The notes under the pieces are model-generated. The model ran no database searches. It saw only the letters and a list, made by a program, of their open reading frames with translations, and was not told the origin of the DNA. A stretch of DNA of 63,476 nucleotides, filler included, from Octopus bimaculoides (Eukaryota), in NCBI RefSeq assembly GCF_001194135.2. It is 6 parts of 5 records of this genome, joined end to end, with 100 filler letters (N's around TTAATTAATTAA, not from the genome) between each part and the next. Parts side by side here need not be neighbours in the genome. Positions count along the whole stretch, not along the records: positions 7,726 to 22,242 come from NC_069003.1; positions 22,343 to 35,687 come from NC_068994.1; 4 more parts are not named here. One strand, written 5' to 3'. This document shows positions 13,044 to 27,029 of this stretch, piece by piece; the first letter of the stretch is position 1, and every line of letters begins with the position of its first letter. Both the position numbers and the translations under genes were made by a program.

Positions 13044-13497
13044 TATATGCGTGTGTATATATATATGTATGTATATATATGTATATATATATATTTGTAT
13101 GACGTGTGTATATATATACACAATGTATACATTTAAATCCGTTTATATATGCATATATATATATATGTGCGCGCGTATGCACGCTTGTGTGAGTCTGTAT
13201 GTATATATAGACACATACATGCACACATACATGTATGTGCGTGTTTAGTATCATAAGCGAGTTATAAAAATAACCGAAAAATATTTAAAAACGAGACATT
13301 GTCGAGTAGAAAATACCCCCGCACTCCACAACCCACTCCAATCACTCGTCCACCCCATCCACACCCTATTCCCTCCCTCCACCCGGATGAATATCCAATT
13401 TAGTTTCGTTAGAGTCATCAATATATCGATTTTTATATTAACACCTCTCACTTTGATCGATCGATTGAGGAGAGAGGACAGATAGGACGATTGATTG

Positions 13498-13549
13498 GAA
13501 GAAGAAGAAGAAGAAGAAGAAGAAGAAGAAGAAGAAGAAGAAGAAGAAG

Positions 13550-13582
<33 letters not shown>

Positions 13583-13585
13583 AAC
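13498..13585. repeat. Compound (GAA)n(CAA)n microsatellite
   Basis: Direct reading. Confidence 0.95.
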
Positions 13586-14419
13586 AAGACAGGAGGAGGA
13601 AGAAGATAAGGTGAAAAAGAACTGGAGGGAGAAAAAAAAACGAAATAACAACAGCAGCAAAAAAANNNNNNNNNNNNNNNNNNNNNNNNNNNNNNNNNNN
13701 NNNNNNNNNNNNNNNNNNNNNNNNNNNNNNNNNNNNNNNNNNNNNNNNNNNNNNNNNNNNNNNNNNNNNNNNNNNNNNNNNNNNNNNNNNNNNNNNNNNN
13801 NNNNNNNNNNNNNNNNNNNNNNNNNNNNNNNNNNNNNNNNNNNNNNNNNNNNNNNNNNNNNNNNNNNNNNNNNNNNNNNNNNNNNNNNNNNNNNNNNNNN
13901 NNNNNNNNNNNNNNNNNNNNNNNNNNNNNNNNNNNNNNNNNNNNNNNNNNNNNNNNNNNNNNNNNNNNNNNNNNNNNNNNNNNNNNNNNNNNNNNNNNNN
14001 NNNNNNNNNNNNNNNNNNNNNNNNNNNNNNNNNNNNNNNNNNNNNNNNNNNNNNNNNNNNNNNNNNNNNNNNNNNNNNNNNNNNNNNNNNNNNNNNNNNN
14101 NNNNNNNNNNNNNNNNNNNNNNNNNNNNNNNNNNNNNNNNNNNNNNNNNNNNNNNNNNNNNNNNNNNNNNNNNNNNNNNNNNNNNNNNNNNCGGAAGCAC
14201 ACCATTTCCTTCAGCGGATTTTCTTGCGACTCGGTTCAAGACACCAGCAAAAGTATTATCTTCACTTCGCTAGGATGTACCTCTCCTCTGGGAGAAGAAC
14301 TCCAGATGAGTTCCCGATAGCAGATTTGGAATGGGACTTCATATTACGAAGTCGGCGGATAGTCTGTCTGTCTGTCTGTCACAATGCTTTACTTGCTTAT
14401 CTAAAAGTCAGATTCCAGT

Positions 14420-14580
14420 TTAACCCCAAAATCAACTGGCAGGAGGCACAGGGGTTGACCGCTAACAGATGGTTGGATAACATCCATGAGCGCGGTTGGT
14501 CTCGATTGGAAATCCACTCGGATCATTTGGAGACCGTTGCTTCTGACAAGACCCGATCGACCCTCCCAGCGAAAAAGAAT
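14420..14580 (+). mobile_element. RTE-clade (Expander/Rex3-like) LINE C-terminal remnant
   Basis: KINWQEAQGLTANRWLDNIHERGWSRLEIHSDHLETVASDK resembles the RTE terminal motif RPxGRPRTRWxDYI..WxRLGI..EL..VA.DR (recalled pattern). Confidence 0.45.
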
Positions 14581-14595
14581 GATATGAGATCTTTT

Positions 14596-14800
14596 ACCTT
14601 TTACTTGTTTCAGTCATTGGACCGCAGCCAAGCTGCAGCACCGCTTTGAAGGGTTTTTAGTCGAACAAATTGACTCCGGTACTTAGTTTTTTTTATTTTA
14701 AGCCTGTTACTTGTTTATCGGTGTCTTTTGCCTAATTGCTACGTCCTATGGACATAAGCAAACTAAACTATCACCTGTTGTCAAGCGGTAGCGAGAATGA
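14596..14800 (-). mobile_element. SINE family A 3' half
   Basis: ttttacttgtttcagtcatt...ttttagtcgaacaaattgac...ggttgtcaagcggt. Confidence 0.75.
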
Positions 14801-14963
14801 CAAACATTGACACAAAGACACTTACACACACATGTATACAAACACACGTGATGGGCTTACACACGTTTCTGTTTGCAAAATTCACCCCAAAGGTTTCTTC
14901 CAACATTTCTATCTATGCTTTTGTTTGTTTCCTTCTTGTAAAACTATCCATCAATCATATATA

Positions 14964-15091
14964 CAGGGTGTTCAAAAAGTCTCTCCGCAGTGAATTTTTT
15001 CATCCTCCGCATCACCATGCTACTGCTTCAAGAGTTTTTCAGTGAACAGATTATTTCGAAGGGACTTTGGCCACCAAGATCACCTGATTTA
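14964..15091 (+). mobile_element. Internally deleted Tc1/mariner fragment (left TIR joined to C-terminal transposase piece)
   Basis: TA|cagggtgttcaaaaagtctc TIR-like start; LLQEFFSEQIISKGLWPPRSPDL motif within about 130 nt; right TIR not seen. Confidence 0.6.
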
Positions 15092-15525
15092 NNNNNNNNN
15101 NTATTCAGCTTACCATTTCTTCAGGTAAGATTATCTGCGGCTTTCAAATTAATACTTCAAATAAGTTTGACACATATTCGAACCCGTAAGACGGTCATCC
15201 ACTACATTTTATCATAGAAAAAAAATACTCGCTACAAACAAAAATATGTAAACACACCAAGTCAATTGGGAGGGCCCTCGAACCAGGTCACTGGTTGCAT
15301 ACATTTCGAAGCAATTATCCTCTCATCAACATCGAATATTGGAAAGAAAGACAACCTTGAATTGACTACGTGACTGGATTTGGATAGACGATGCTCCTGA
15401 CTTGGTCTGTTTACAACTTTTTATCCGCAACGAGAATTTTTCTCCATGATAAAATGCAGTGAATGGCATTTTTACGGGTTCGAACATATCTCAAACATAT
15501 TTGCACAGGTAACAAGTTTTTATTT

Positions 15526-15638
15526 ATTATTCTTATACAAGAATACGGTTCGACCAGCTAAGCCATTGTCCGACGATGGCTTAGCTGGCCGAAATTTCGA
15601 AAACACTGTGAACAACAACATTCTTGTATAAGAATAAT
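15526..15638. repeat. Nested inverted repeat (19-bp and 13-bp perfect arms), probable Penelope-type terminal remnant
   Basis: 15526-15544 is the reverse complement of 15620-15638; 15554-15566 is the reverse complement of 15576-15588. Confidence 0.7.
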
Positions 15639-15709
15639 ATATAAATATAGTATTAATAATAATAATAATAATAATAATTATAATAATAATAATAATAATA
15701 ATAATAATT

Positions 15710-16310
15710 GTGCGGTAAGTAGCTTGCTTACGAATAATATGGTTCCAAGTGTCTTCTACTATAGCCTCGGGCCGACCAAAGCCTTGTGAGTGGATTTGGT
15801 AGACGGAAACTGAAAGAAGCCCGTCGTATATNNNNNNNNNNNNNNNNNNNNNNNNNNNNNNNNNNNNNNNNNNNNNNNNNNNNNNNNNNNNNNNNNNNNN
15901 NNNNNNNNNNNNNNNNNNNNNNNNNNNNNNNNNNNNNNNNNNNNNNNNNNNNNNNNNNNNNNNNNNNNNNNNNNNNNNNNNNNNNNNNNNNNNNNNNNNN
16001 NNNNNNNNNNNNNNNNNNNNNNNNNNNNNNNNNNNNNNNNNNNNNNNNNNNNNNNNNNNNNNNNNNNNNNNNNNNNNNNNNNNNNNNNNNNNNNNNNNNN
16101 NNNNNNNNNNNNNNNNNNNNNNNNNNNNNNNNNNNNNNNNNNNNNNNNNNNNNNNNNNNNNNNNNNNNNNNNNNNNNNNNNNNNNNNNNNNNNNNNNNNN
16201 NNTACAAAGAATAAGCTCTGGGATCGACTTGTTCGACTAAAAAGGCGATGCTCCAGCATGGCCGCAGTCAGACGACTGAAACAAATAAAAGAATAAAACA
16301 ATAAAAGAAT
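15710..16310 (+). mobile_element. SINE family A spanning a gap
   Basis: Head 15710-15830 (internal deletion) and tail 16203-16310. Confidence 0.8.
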
Positions 16311-16406
16311 CCTTGGATGGAATTTATAAACATTTTAATGCATCGCCACGCGCGTTTCCACAAACTATGTGTCTTTGTCGAAAATTTTGGGAAAATCCAT
16401 CCAAGG

Positions 16407-16471
<65 letters not shown>

Positions 16472-16619
16472 GTTTATCCTACATTATATCAGTACAGCTA
16501 GGCGCCTCTCCAAAATACTGGTATGGCCAGTTGGTATCATTAGGCTGTTGCCGCCATAATAGAATAGGAGATTTTATTTGCATATTCAAGATGTTTCCCG
16601 CTAACGAACTTAAGGATAT

Positions 16620-16915
16620 ACCTCTTTTACCTCTTTTACTTGTTTCAGTCATTTTGACTGTGGCCATGCTGGATTACCGCCTTTAGTCGAGCTTCTTCTT
16701 TGTAAGCCTAGTACTTATTCTATCGTTCTTTTTTTGCCGAACCGCTAAGTTACGGGGATGTAAACACAACAGCGTCTACCAAATCCACTTACAAGGCTTT
16801 GGTCGGCCCGAGGTTATAGTAGAAGACACTTGCCCAAGGTGCCACGCAGTGGGACTGAACCCAGAACCATGTGGTTCGTAAGCAAGCTACTTACCACACA
16901 GTCACTCCTACGCCT
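16620..16915 (-). mobile_element. SINE family A, internally deleted
   Basis: Tail module joined directly to head module (accaaatccact...gggactgaacccagaaccatgtgg). Confidence 0.8.
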
Positions 16916-16918
16916 ATG

Positions 16919-16983
<65 letters not shown>

Positions 16984-17542
16984 ATATGCATGTATTCATG
17001 TGCTCACATAACTAAAATCCTCAAAAGTTGACTTGGTTTAAACAAACGAGCTTTACCTCTTTGTTAGTGACCGACTTGAGATTTGCAAAGGTGAAAAATA
17101 ATTGAAATAAATTCCAGAGAAATAAGATATACATATATGTTCTCTCTCTCTCTTCCTCTCCCTTTCCTTCTCTCTCTCTCTCTTTCACACGCATACAGAG
17201 ATGCACTCTCATGCACGCACACTCACACACTTTCAAGATGGTGGATTACGGGTGGAAAAAAAAATCAACATCTTACCAGTAAAACCAATTTCACCCTTGC
17301 CACGTTAATGGCATGTTTTGGTAAATCTCAGCTGAGGAATATGTTTTCTTAGACTTGCAAAAACAAGCAATTCGAAAACAGACTGCACAGAGAAACACAC
17401 ATACACAGACGTCCACACACTCACGCGCACGCACACACACACACACACACACATAGAGGCATAGATACATCAATACATGAACACGAGTGCGGATAGACAG
17501 ACACAAAAAATTAGATATATAAATAGGTAAACAGATGGATAG

Positions 17543-17627
<85 letters not shown>

Positions 17628-18466
17628 NNNNNNNNNNNNNNNNNNNNNNNNNNNNNNNNNNNNNNNNNNNNNNNNNNNNNNNNNNNNNNNNNNNNNNNNN
17701 NNNNNNNNNNNNNNNNNNNNNNNNNNNNNNNNNNNNNNNNNNNNNNNNNNNNNNNNNNNNNNNNNNNNNNNNNNNNNNNNNNNNNNNNNNNNNNNNNNNN
17801 NNNNNNNNNNNNNNNNNNNNNNNNNNNNNNNNNNNNNNNNNNNNNNNNNNNNNNNNNNNNNNNNNNNNNNNNNNNNNNNNNNNNNNNNNNNNNNNNNNNN
17901 NNNNNNNNNNNNNNNNNNNNNNNNNNNNNNNNNNNNNNNNNNNNNNNNNNNNNNNNNNNNNNNNNNNNNNNNNNNNNNNNNNNNNNNNNNNNNNNNNNNN
18001 NNNNNNNNNNNNNNNNNNNNNNNNNNNNNNNNNNNNNNNNNNNNNNNNNNNNNNNNNNNNNNNNNNNNNNNNNNNNNNNNNNNNNNNNNNNNNNNNNNNN
18101 NNNNNNNNNNNNNNNNNNNNNNNNNNNNNNNNNNNNNNNNNNNNNNNNNNNNNNNNNNNNNNNNNNNNNNNNNNNNNNNNNNNNNNNNNNNNNNNNNNNN
18201 NNNNNNNNNNNNNNNNNNNNNNNNNNNNNNNNNNNNNNNNNNNNNNNNNNNNNNNNNNNNNNNNNNNNNNNNNNNNNNNNNNNNNNNNNNNNNNNNNNNN
18301 NNNNNNNNNNNNNNNNNNNNNNNNNNNNNNNNNNNNNNNNNNNNNNNNNNNNNNNNNNNNNNNNNNNNNNNNNNNNNNNNNNNNNNNNNNNNNNNNNNNN
18401 NNNNNNNNNNNNNNNNNNNNNNNNNNNNNNNNNNNNNNNNNNNNNNNNNNNNNNNNNNNNNNNNNN

Positions 18467-18525
<59 letters not shown>

Positions 18526-18970
18526 AGATTTGTAAATGAAGTAAAAGAAAAAAGATGTACTAAGTGCATGTAATGTAGTTTATTTCCATAAACTCGATGA
18601 TTCACTCTCCAACTTCTCGACGTTCTGTTATATGTTCGTTGACTCAGTGTGGGAGTAAATATACATTTACATACATGCATGCATATATACATACATTCAT
18701 TCAACCCTCATCCCACACACACAGCACGTAATTCGTATAGAGTTACACACACACATCAATACATGTGGAAAAACAAAAAGCAAAAATAACCTAAAAAAGA
18801 CCCCAGATGGTATGAGTTCGCATTCAAAATTATGAATGCCTCGCTAGAGAAATGGAAAGAGTTAATTATTATAGCTTTTCGGATATTGTCTTTCTTCAGA
18901 AAATGAAGTAGAGTGGGAAGAACGGAGGAATGACGAGAATAAACTGAGAAAAAGACACACACACACACAC

Positions 18971-19029
<59 letters not shown>

Positions 19030-20237
19030 TATGCGTGTGTGTGCGTGTGTCTGCGTGTGTGTATAGATATATAAAGTTGTTGGTTATGTCAAGTGACATC
19101 AAATGATATGTACATATAATGAAGTGCTCAGGTTCAGTTTGCGCCTAAATTCTAGTTAAGTGCACGAATGTGTTGCCTGCCTAATTGAAGTTTATGCACT
19201 CTTCATCACACACACACGCGCACAAACGGACACATACTCACACACACACGCGCACAAACGGACACATACTCACACACACACACGTGTATATGTAAGTATA
19301 TATATNNNNNNNNNNNNNNNNNNNNNNNNNNNNNNNNNNNNNNNNNNNNNNNNNNNNNNNNNNNNNNNNNNNNNNNNNNNNNNNNNNNNNNNNNNNNNNN
19401 NNNNNNNNNNNNNNNNNNNNNNNNNNNNNNNNNNNNNNNNNNNNNNNNNNNNNNNNNNNNNNNNNNNNNNNNNNNNNNNNNNNNNNNNNNNNNNNNNNNN
19501 NNNNNNNNNNNNNNNNNNNNNNNNNNNNNNNNNNNNNNNNNNNNNNNNNNNNNNNNNNNNNNNNNNNNNNNNNNNNNNNNNNNNNNNNNNNNNNNNNNNN
19601 NNNNNNNNNNNNNNNNNNNNNNNNNNNNNNNNNNNNNNNNNNNNNNNNNNNNNNNNNNNNNNNNNNNNNNNNNNNNNNNNNNNNNNNNNNNNNNNNNNNN
19701 NNNNNNNNNNNNNNNNNNNNNNNNNNNNNNNNNNNNNNNNNNNNNNNNNNNNNNNNNNNNNNNNNNNNNNNNNNNNNNNNNNNNNNNNNNNNNNNNNNNN
19801 NNNNNNNNNNNNNNNNNNNNNNNNNNNNNNNNNNNNNNNNNNNNNNNNNNNNNNNNNNNNNNNNNNNNNNNNNNNNNNNNNNNNNNNNNNNNNNNNNNNN
19901 NNNNNNNNNNNNNNNNNNNNNNNNNNNNNNNNNNNNNNNNNNNNNNNNNNNNNNNNNNNNNNNNNNNNNNNNNNNNNNNNNNNNNNNNNNNNNNNNNNNN
20001 NNNNNNNNNNNNNNNNNNNNNNNNNNNNNNNNNNNNNNNNNNNNNNNNNNNNNNNNNNNNNNNNNNNNNNNNNNNNNNNNNNNNNNNNNNNNNNNNNNNN
20101 NNNNNNNNNNNNNNNNNNNNNNNNNNNNNNNNNNNNNNNNNNNNNNNNNNNNNNNNNNNNNNNNNNNNNNNNNNNNNNNNNNNNNNNNNNNNNNNNNNNN
20201 NNNNNNNNNNNNNNNNNNNNNNNNNNNNNNNNNNNNN

Positions 20238-20282
<45 letters not shown>

Positions 20283-20693
20283 GCACGCACACACACGCAC
20301 CCCCACACAATAAACATCTCACCTAGTTATTTATATGCATTTGTTCAAAGTTATCGAAGAGACGCTAACGTTGGAACGTTATTTAAATAAACATATTTGT
20401 ACTTAAGGTTTTCCATTATAAATGTGTTTAGTTACTATCGATTTGTGGACAGGCAATATGTTATCAGAGCAGCATATCGAGACAGCTAAATCACCTTTGG
20501 TCGTTTAAACAATCATTATATGACTTATTCAACGGTGCAGTTATATTCATCACCATCGACTTGCACGAACTCTTTATTGGTTGGTTTTCGTAGCCACAAC
20601 ATAGAGAAAAAGAGAAACAAGGGGAAAAAGAAGAAAAAAAGGAAACGTGTCGTATGATACGTGTGTAAGTGGATAAATCATCAGCTGCTTGGC

Positions 20694-20738
<45 letters not shown>

Positions 20739-20864
20739 GAGCGAGAGGGGAAGAAAGAGAGAGAGAGAAAGATAGAGTGAGAAAGAGAGAGTGAGAAAGA
20801 GAGAGTGAGAAAGAGAGAGTGAGAAAGACAGAGTGAGAAAGAGAGAGGGATTAGAGAGAGCCTA

Positions 20865-21365
20865 GGTGGAGGCGTGGCTGTGTGATAAGAAGTTTGTATC
20901 CCGACCATATGGTTCCGGGTTCAGTCCTACACCCTAGCACATTCAGTGAGTGTCTTCTTACCACAGCTTCAGGCCGACTGAATCATTGTCAGTAGATCTG
21001 GAAGACGGAAACTGAAAGAAGACCGTCGCATATATTTCCACCCTAATGCTCTATGTCACTTTAGTGACGTATATATTTCTGTCTTTGGGTTGTAAAATTG
21101 CGAATTAGCTACCATATTATATATATATATGTATTTATATGCTTGTATGTATGTATGTATGTATGTATGTATGTATGTATGTGTGTGTTCCCCACCACCG
21201 CATGACAATTGGTGTTGGTGTGTTTACGTCTCCGTAACTTAACGGTTCGGCCAAAGGGTCTAATTGAATAAGTACCTGGCTTGAAAAGAAAGTACTGGAG
21301 TCGATTCATTCGACTGAAATTCTTCAAGGCGGTGCTCCAGCATGAAACAAGAAAAAGATAAAAGA
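20865..21365 (+). mobile_element. SINE family A (head 20865-21035, tail 21175-21365)
   Basis: ggcgtggctgtgtgataagaag...ggttccgggttcagtcc; tail cggtgctccagcatg. Confidence 0.75.
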
Positions 21366-21429
21366 TATGTATATCATGCATACATGTCTAAGTATATATA
21401 TNNNNNNNNNNATAAATACATACAATCAT

Positions 21430-22173
21430 ACGTTTATACATCTATTTTCAAAGACAGTAATATCGACGTGAAGAACGCTACATCACATTACACCTCGAAG
21501 GCTATGCATTTGCAATCCAAGAACAAGATATTGGTACAAAATGCCTAATAAACAAGAGACAATGATGCCCTTGGTGCTCCAGGATGCAACCGAAAATGTA
21601 GGTCATGTCATATATATCTGTGGAAGACATCACACATGTCATTGGTAGCTGCCCAAAAATGTCACGGTACCACCCCGCTATGCGACATGATGTTGTCGCT
21701 AAAACAATGTACATGCCATTTGACAAAATGACTGTCCAGGGATACGTATAGAGAATTACTGTGTTATTTAATACATGCACAAACATCAGCGCAAAGAATA
21801 TTGGTAGAGAACTCCCGCAGCTGCCAAGTGTAATCATAACAGACCGGATATTGTTATTTGGGATCGGCAAGAAAAAGTATGTATCATCATAGAGGTCAGC
21901 TGCCCCGCTGATATGAATATCTCTTTGAAAATCTAAGAGGTTAACTACGGACAACTGCTCCGAAAACTCCAGCTCCTATATCCAGATTATGAATCCCCAT
22001 TTATACCAATAATAACTGGTGTACTTAGTTTTGTAAGTAAATGCTTAACTGACAATCTGGATATGCTGGGGTTTTCAGAAGCAGAAACCAGCCAGCTATA
22101 TTGGCCATTGCAAATGCAATCTGGAAGTGGGAAAGTAAGAATATGCAAGAGTTTTCTCTAGTTTAAGATGTGA
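21430..22173 (+). mobile_element. Decayed R4/Dong-clade LINE 3' end, related to 4682-5793
   Basis: LEGYAFAIQEQDIGTK; CRSC..VEDITHVIGSCPKM...MRHDVVAK; (P)DIVIWDRQEKVCIIIEVSCPAD; QLLYPDY; ...RICKSFL*FKM*. Confidence 0.8.
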
Positions 22174-22242
22174 CTTTATTTTTGCTATTTACATTCCAAT
22201 GACGGAGCTTTGTATCTTTGTTAGAAACCAAGTCCTTCCTCA

Positions 22243-22342
22243 NNNNNNNNNNNNNNNNNNNNNNNNNNNNNNNNNNNNNNNNNNNNTTAATTAATTAANN
22301 NNNNNNNNNNNNNNNNNNNNNNNNNNNNNNNNNNNNNNNNNN
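22243..22342. other. Synthetic 100-nt scaffold spacer
   Basis: 44N+TTAATTAATTAA(22287-22298)+44N. Confidence 0.95.
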
Positions 22343-22405
22343 ATATATATGTATGTATGTATGAATGTATGTATGTATGAATGTATGTATGTGTGTGTGT
22401 AACTT

Positions 22406-22790
22406 GTGAATGGAAAGAGACCCCGGCAGAAACCAAGGCTGCGATTTAAGGATTGTGTTAAGTCCTTATTAAAGGCCTGTGATATGCAGGACACTGACTG
22501 GGAGAACAATGCTTGTCATCGGCACAGATGGAGGAAGCAGGTTAAGGAGGGGGTCGACACTTTTGAGAGAGCACGTATCCAGCATCAAGAACATAAGCGA
22601 GCTGCGCGAAAGCACACTGCTGGTGTAGTCAATGGGGAAAGCTTGGGCTGCAAGGCTTGCAGTCGTGTATGCTTGTCAAGAGCAGGGCTCATTAGCCACC
22701 AACAGAGTCGCAAATGTAAGATATTAGTCCTAGAGCACACAATGTTCCTGAAGGCCAGCAATGGTCTTCCTCGGTCACGAGTGAACGGCC
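22406..22790 (+). mobile_element. RTE/BovB-like LINE C-terminal fragment
   Basis: GKRPRQKPRLRFKDCVKSLLKACDMQDTDWENNACHRHRWRKQVKEG...CKACSRVCLSRAGLISH: RTE ORF end with terminal Cys/His zinc-finger-like motif. Confidence 0.8.
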
Positions 22791-24400
22791 ATCNNNNNNN
22801 NNNNNNNNNNNNNNNNNNNNNNNNNNNNNNNNNNNNNNNNNNNNNNNNNNNNNNNNNNNNNNNNNNNNNNNNNNNNNNNNNNNNNNNNNNNNNNNNNNNN
22901 NNNNNNNNNNNNNNNNNNNNNNNNNNNNNNNNNNNNNNNNNNNNNNNNNNNNNNNNNNNNNNNNNNNNNNNNNNNNNNNNNNNNNNNNNNNNNNNNNNNN
23001 NNNNNNNNNNNNNNNNNNNNNNNNNNNTATATATATATATGCATATATATATATGTACATATATATATGGTGGTTGTTTACTCCTTACACAGAATTTGAC
23101 CACCTCCTGCACCTACACCTTAGCCCTTTCATGGCGTCTGATGTGGCTTTTTAAACCAGACAGTGTTTTGAAAAAACACCCACACAGATTGCACCTCTGA
23201 TTTGTACTACCAATACCTGTATGTATATATTATATAAATATACATATACATATATAATATATATATATATATATATATGTATATTATATACATATATATA
23301 TGTGTGTATATATATCTTCGCACCTGTGTATGCATGCATGTATGTATGTATGTATGTATGTATGTATGTATGTATGTATGTATGTATGCACGCAGGTATG
23401 TAGTGCGAGTGCACGCACATACTTAAATATTTGTTTTGTTTCTACGTTCGTTTCCGTTACCACATTCTCATTGCAATTAAATGGCAATAGATTTCACGTT
23501 ACAGCAAAGTTTTCGCTGTCATTTTCGCGCAAAGCAATGTTTCTGTAACGCGAGCCGATGTCTGCTGAGACGTCTCGTCATTTGTTGGTAAAAAAAAAAA
23601 AATTTGTTTGTGAGCAAGTGAAGATGAAACAGATATTATATGAAGATATTATTCATTCTGATAATTACGACGCTTTGTTTGAAAACGAACATTATCGTCT
23701 ATCTTTTTGTTTTTTTGTTTCCAACGTTTTTTATGAACATTTTACGGTTGAATTGCAATATTTTCCTTTTGCTTTTCCTAATTATTCTTTTATTATTATT
23801 ATTTTTTGTATTTAAAATATTTGAATGGACGAATAATACTTTTATCTGTTTATAGTCAAGCGAAGACATTTTGTTTTTATCTTTATAGTGTACAGAAATA
23901 AAGGAAGACATTATTTTTCACTATCTTCGATTTTTTATTCAAAAGCTCTAATGAGTACATTAAAAATATGTGATGTGAAAATATGGCTAAATAAGAAAAT
24001 AAAAAAAAAACCGCTTAAAAAAATGAACAAAACCAAAATAAAAATAGAAAGAAAAGCACCCCTCCCCCAACAAAGACCCGATGGATTGAAGAATAAAATT
24101 TCAGCTTTTGTCTTCAAAGCTATATCCATGTAATAGATAATGAGATAATCCAATTTTATTATAAGTGTAGCGTTAAACAAGAAAGAGAAATAATAAAAAA
24201 ACGAGTGAAAAGTCGAATTTTTGACGATTATATGAGATGTAATTTAAATATGTGTGTATGTATATGTGCGTGTATATATGTTATATACATATATATATAG
24301 GTGTGTGTATGTGTTTATACATACATATTTATATGTTTATGTGTGTGTAAATATATGGCAGTATAGCTTTGTATACACTAATTTACGCTTCATATGTATA

Positions 24401-24442
<42 letters not shown>

Positions 24443-24571
24443 TGTCTGTGTGTATACACGTATATACAAACACACACACACGTATATGTATACGTATATA
24501 TATTAGATATATATGCATATATATTATGTGTACGTGTATATATGCATGTGTACATATACGTATATGTATGA

Positions 24572-24681
<110 letters not shown>

Positions 24682-24861
24682 ATGAATACACATACACACA
24701 CGTGCATGCATAAATGCATCCTAATCGTAAACTACAACTTCAATGTCATAAATTGGAAGTTAAGTGAACTGAGGTGCTGAGATAAGAAAACCAGTGAAGT
24801 ACTCCTGAACACATCATCCGAGAGAGAGAGAGAGAGAGAGGAGGAGGCAGAGAGCATTTAC

Positions 24862-24894
<33 letters not shown>

Positions 24895-26205
24895 TGTATT
24901 ATACAAACACTACTAAACACAGAAGCAGGAGTCTGATGTAGATGATTGCGAGACGGTATCAAACCAATAGGTCGAGCACAATATAAAGACACAAAGATAG
25001 ACTGATTAGTGTACTAAGGAGAAATGGAACGCTAGAACTCAATCACTCAGTCAGTCAGTCAGTCAGTCAGTCGCTCACTCATTCTTTCACGCTCTTTAGC
25101 AAGAGTTAACAAGTGAAACAGAAACAGGCAGAAACAAGAAAAATGCCGCTGTTACTTGAATACTATACAAATATGTCTTTAAAAAGACTTTTCTTTTAAA
25201 TTTACCAAAATTTAATTTTTCAATAATTTTTCAAAAATCTATTATTCATATTTACTGTTGAAAAGATCTCAAGGATCGAAACCGGTTCTGTAATGTNNNN
25301 NNNNNNNNNNNNNNNNNNNNNNNNNNNNNNNNNNNNNNNNNNNNNNNNNNNNNNNNNNNNNNNNNNNNNNNNNNNNNNNNNNNNNNNNNNNNNNNNNNNN
25401 NNNNNNNNNNNNNNNNNNNNNNNNNNNNNNNNNNNNNNNNNNNNNNNNNNNNNNNNNNNNNNNNNNNNNNNNNNNNNNNNNNNNNNNNNNNNNNNNNNNN
25501 NNNNNNNNNNNNNNNNNNNNNNNNNNNNNNNNNNNNNNNNNNNNNNNNNNNNNNNNNNNNNNNNNNNNNNNNNNNNNNNNNNNNNNNNNNNNNNNNNNNN
25601 NNNNNNNNNNNNNNNNNNNNNNNNNNNNNNNNNNNNNNNNNNNNNNNNNNNNNNNNNNNNNNNNNNNNNNNNNNNNNNNNNNNNNNNNNNNNNNNNNNNN
25701 NNNNNNNNNNNNNNNNNNNNNNNNNNNNNNNNNNNNNNNNNNNNNNNNNNNNNNNNNNNNNNNNNNNNNNNNNNNNNNNNNNNNNNNNNNNNNNNNNNNN
25801 NNNNNNNNNNNNNNNNNNNNNNNNNNNNNNNNNNNNNNNNNNNNNNNNNNNNNNNNNNNNNNNNNNNNNNNNNNNNNNNNNNNNNNNNNNNNNNNNNNNN
25901 NNNNNNNNNNNNNNNNNNNNNNNNNNNNNNNNNNNNNNNNNNNNNNNNNNNNNNNNNNNNNNNNNNNNNNNNNNNNNNNNNNNNNNNNNNNNNNNNNNNN
26001 NNNNNNNNNNNNNNNNNNNNNNNNNNNNNNNNNNNNNNNNNNNNNNNNNNNNNNNNNNNNNNNNNNNNNNNNNNNNNNNNNNNNNNNNNNNNNNNNNNNN
26101 NNNNNNNNNNNNNNNNNNNNNNNNNNNNNNNNNNNNNNNNNNNNNNNNNNNNNNNNNNNNNNNNNNNNNNNNNNNNNNNNNNNNNNNNNNNNNNNNNNNN
26201 NNNNN

Positions 26206-26254
<49 letters not shown>

Positions 26255-26389
26255 GTATATATATTCAAAACAATGCAAATTATAAGAAATAATACGAGTA
26301 CATGGCTTATGTCTTTACCTTGTACAGCCCACACTGATGATTTGTGTGTGCTATACATCTATACATTAGATCCCCTCCCTCCATCACAA

Positions 26390-26490
26390 TGAAGTGTCTT
26401 GATCAAGAACACAACGCACCGCCCAGCCCAGGGATCGAACCGGAGATGTCGCGATCGTGATTGCCATACATAAGCTACGCGTCCTCACTG
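26390..26490 (-). mobile_element. tRNA-derived SINE head (variant)
   Basis: Minus strand ...ccggttcgatccctggg...gcgttgtgttcttgatcaagacacttc: B-box followed by a central domain. Confidence 0.6.
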
Positions 26491-26667
26491 AGCATATTCA
26501 AAGGTAAAAGTGCAAACCATTGACTTGTATAATTTCTTATAACATTGCATTGTTTTGGGTTTAAGAAAAAAAAAGAAAAGTCATTTATCTATATCAGACA
26601 ATGCTCCATATGCAAGCTGCACTACTCAAGACGAAGAGGCTAAATCACTGGCTACAGATCTACAACT

Positions 26668-26700
<33 letters not shown>

Positions 26701-26712
26701 NNNNNNNNNNTA

Positions 26713-26748
<36 letters not shown>

Positions 26749-27029
26749 TGTATGTATATAATTTATATTCTTTCTTTTTATTATCTATGGCGAAGTTCTT
26801 TCAATTTGTAGTTAGTGTCAATCAGGCATAATAATGATAACGAATTTGTATTGTACTACTATTTTGTCCTTTTTTGAGTATCTTCAGCATGACTTATCCC
26901 GTAAATTTGCTAATTAGATATATATTACTAAGAGAGACATCGCAGTAAAATTAAGGACGAAGATATTTACAGACTGGACAAAGTTCACGGAATGTTTTCA
27001 TTTTTTTTTTATAGGAGTGGCTGCGGAGT

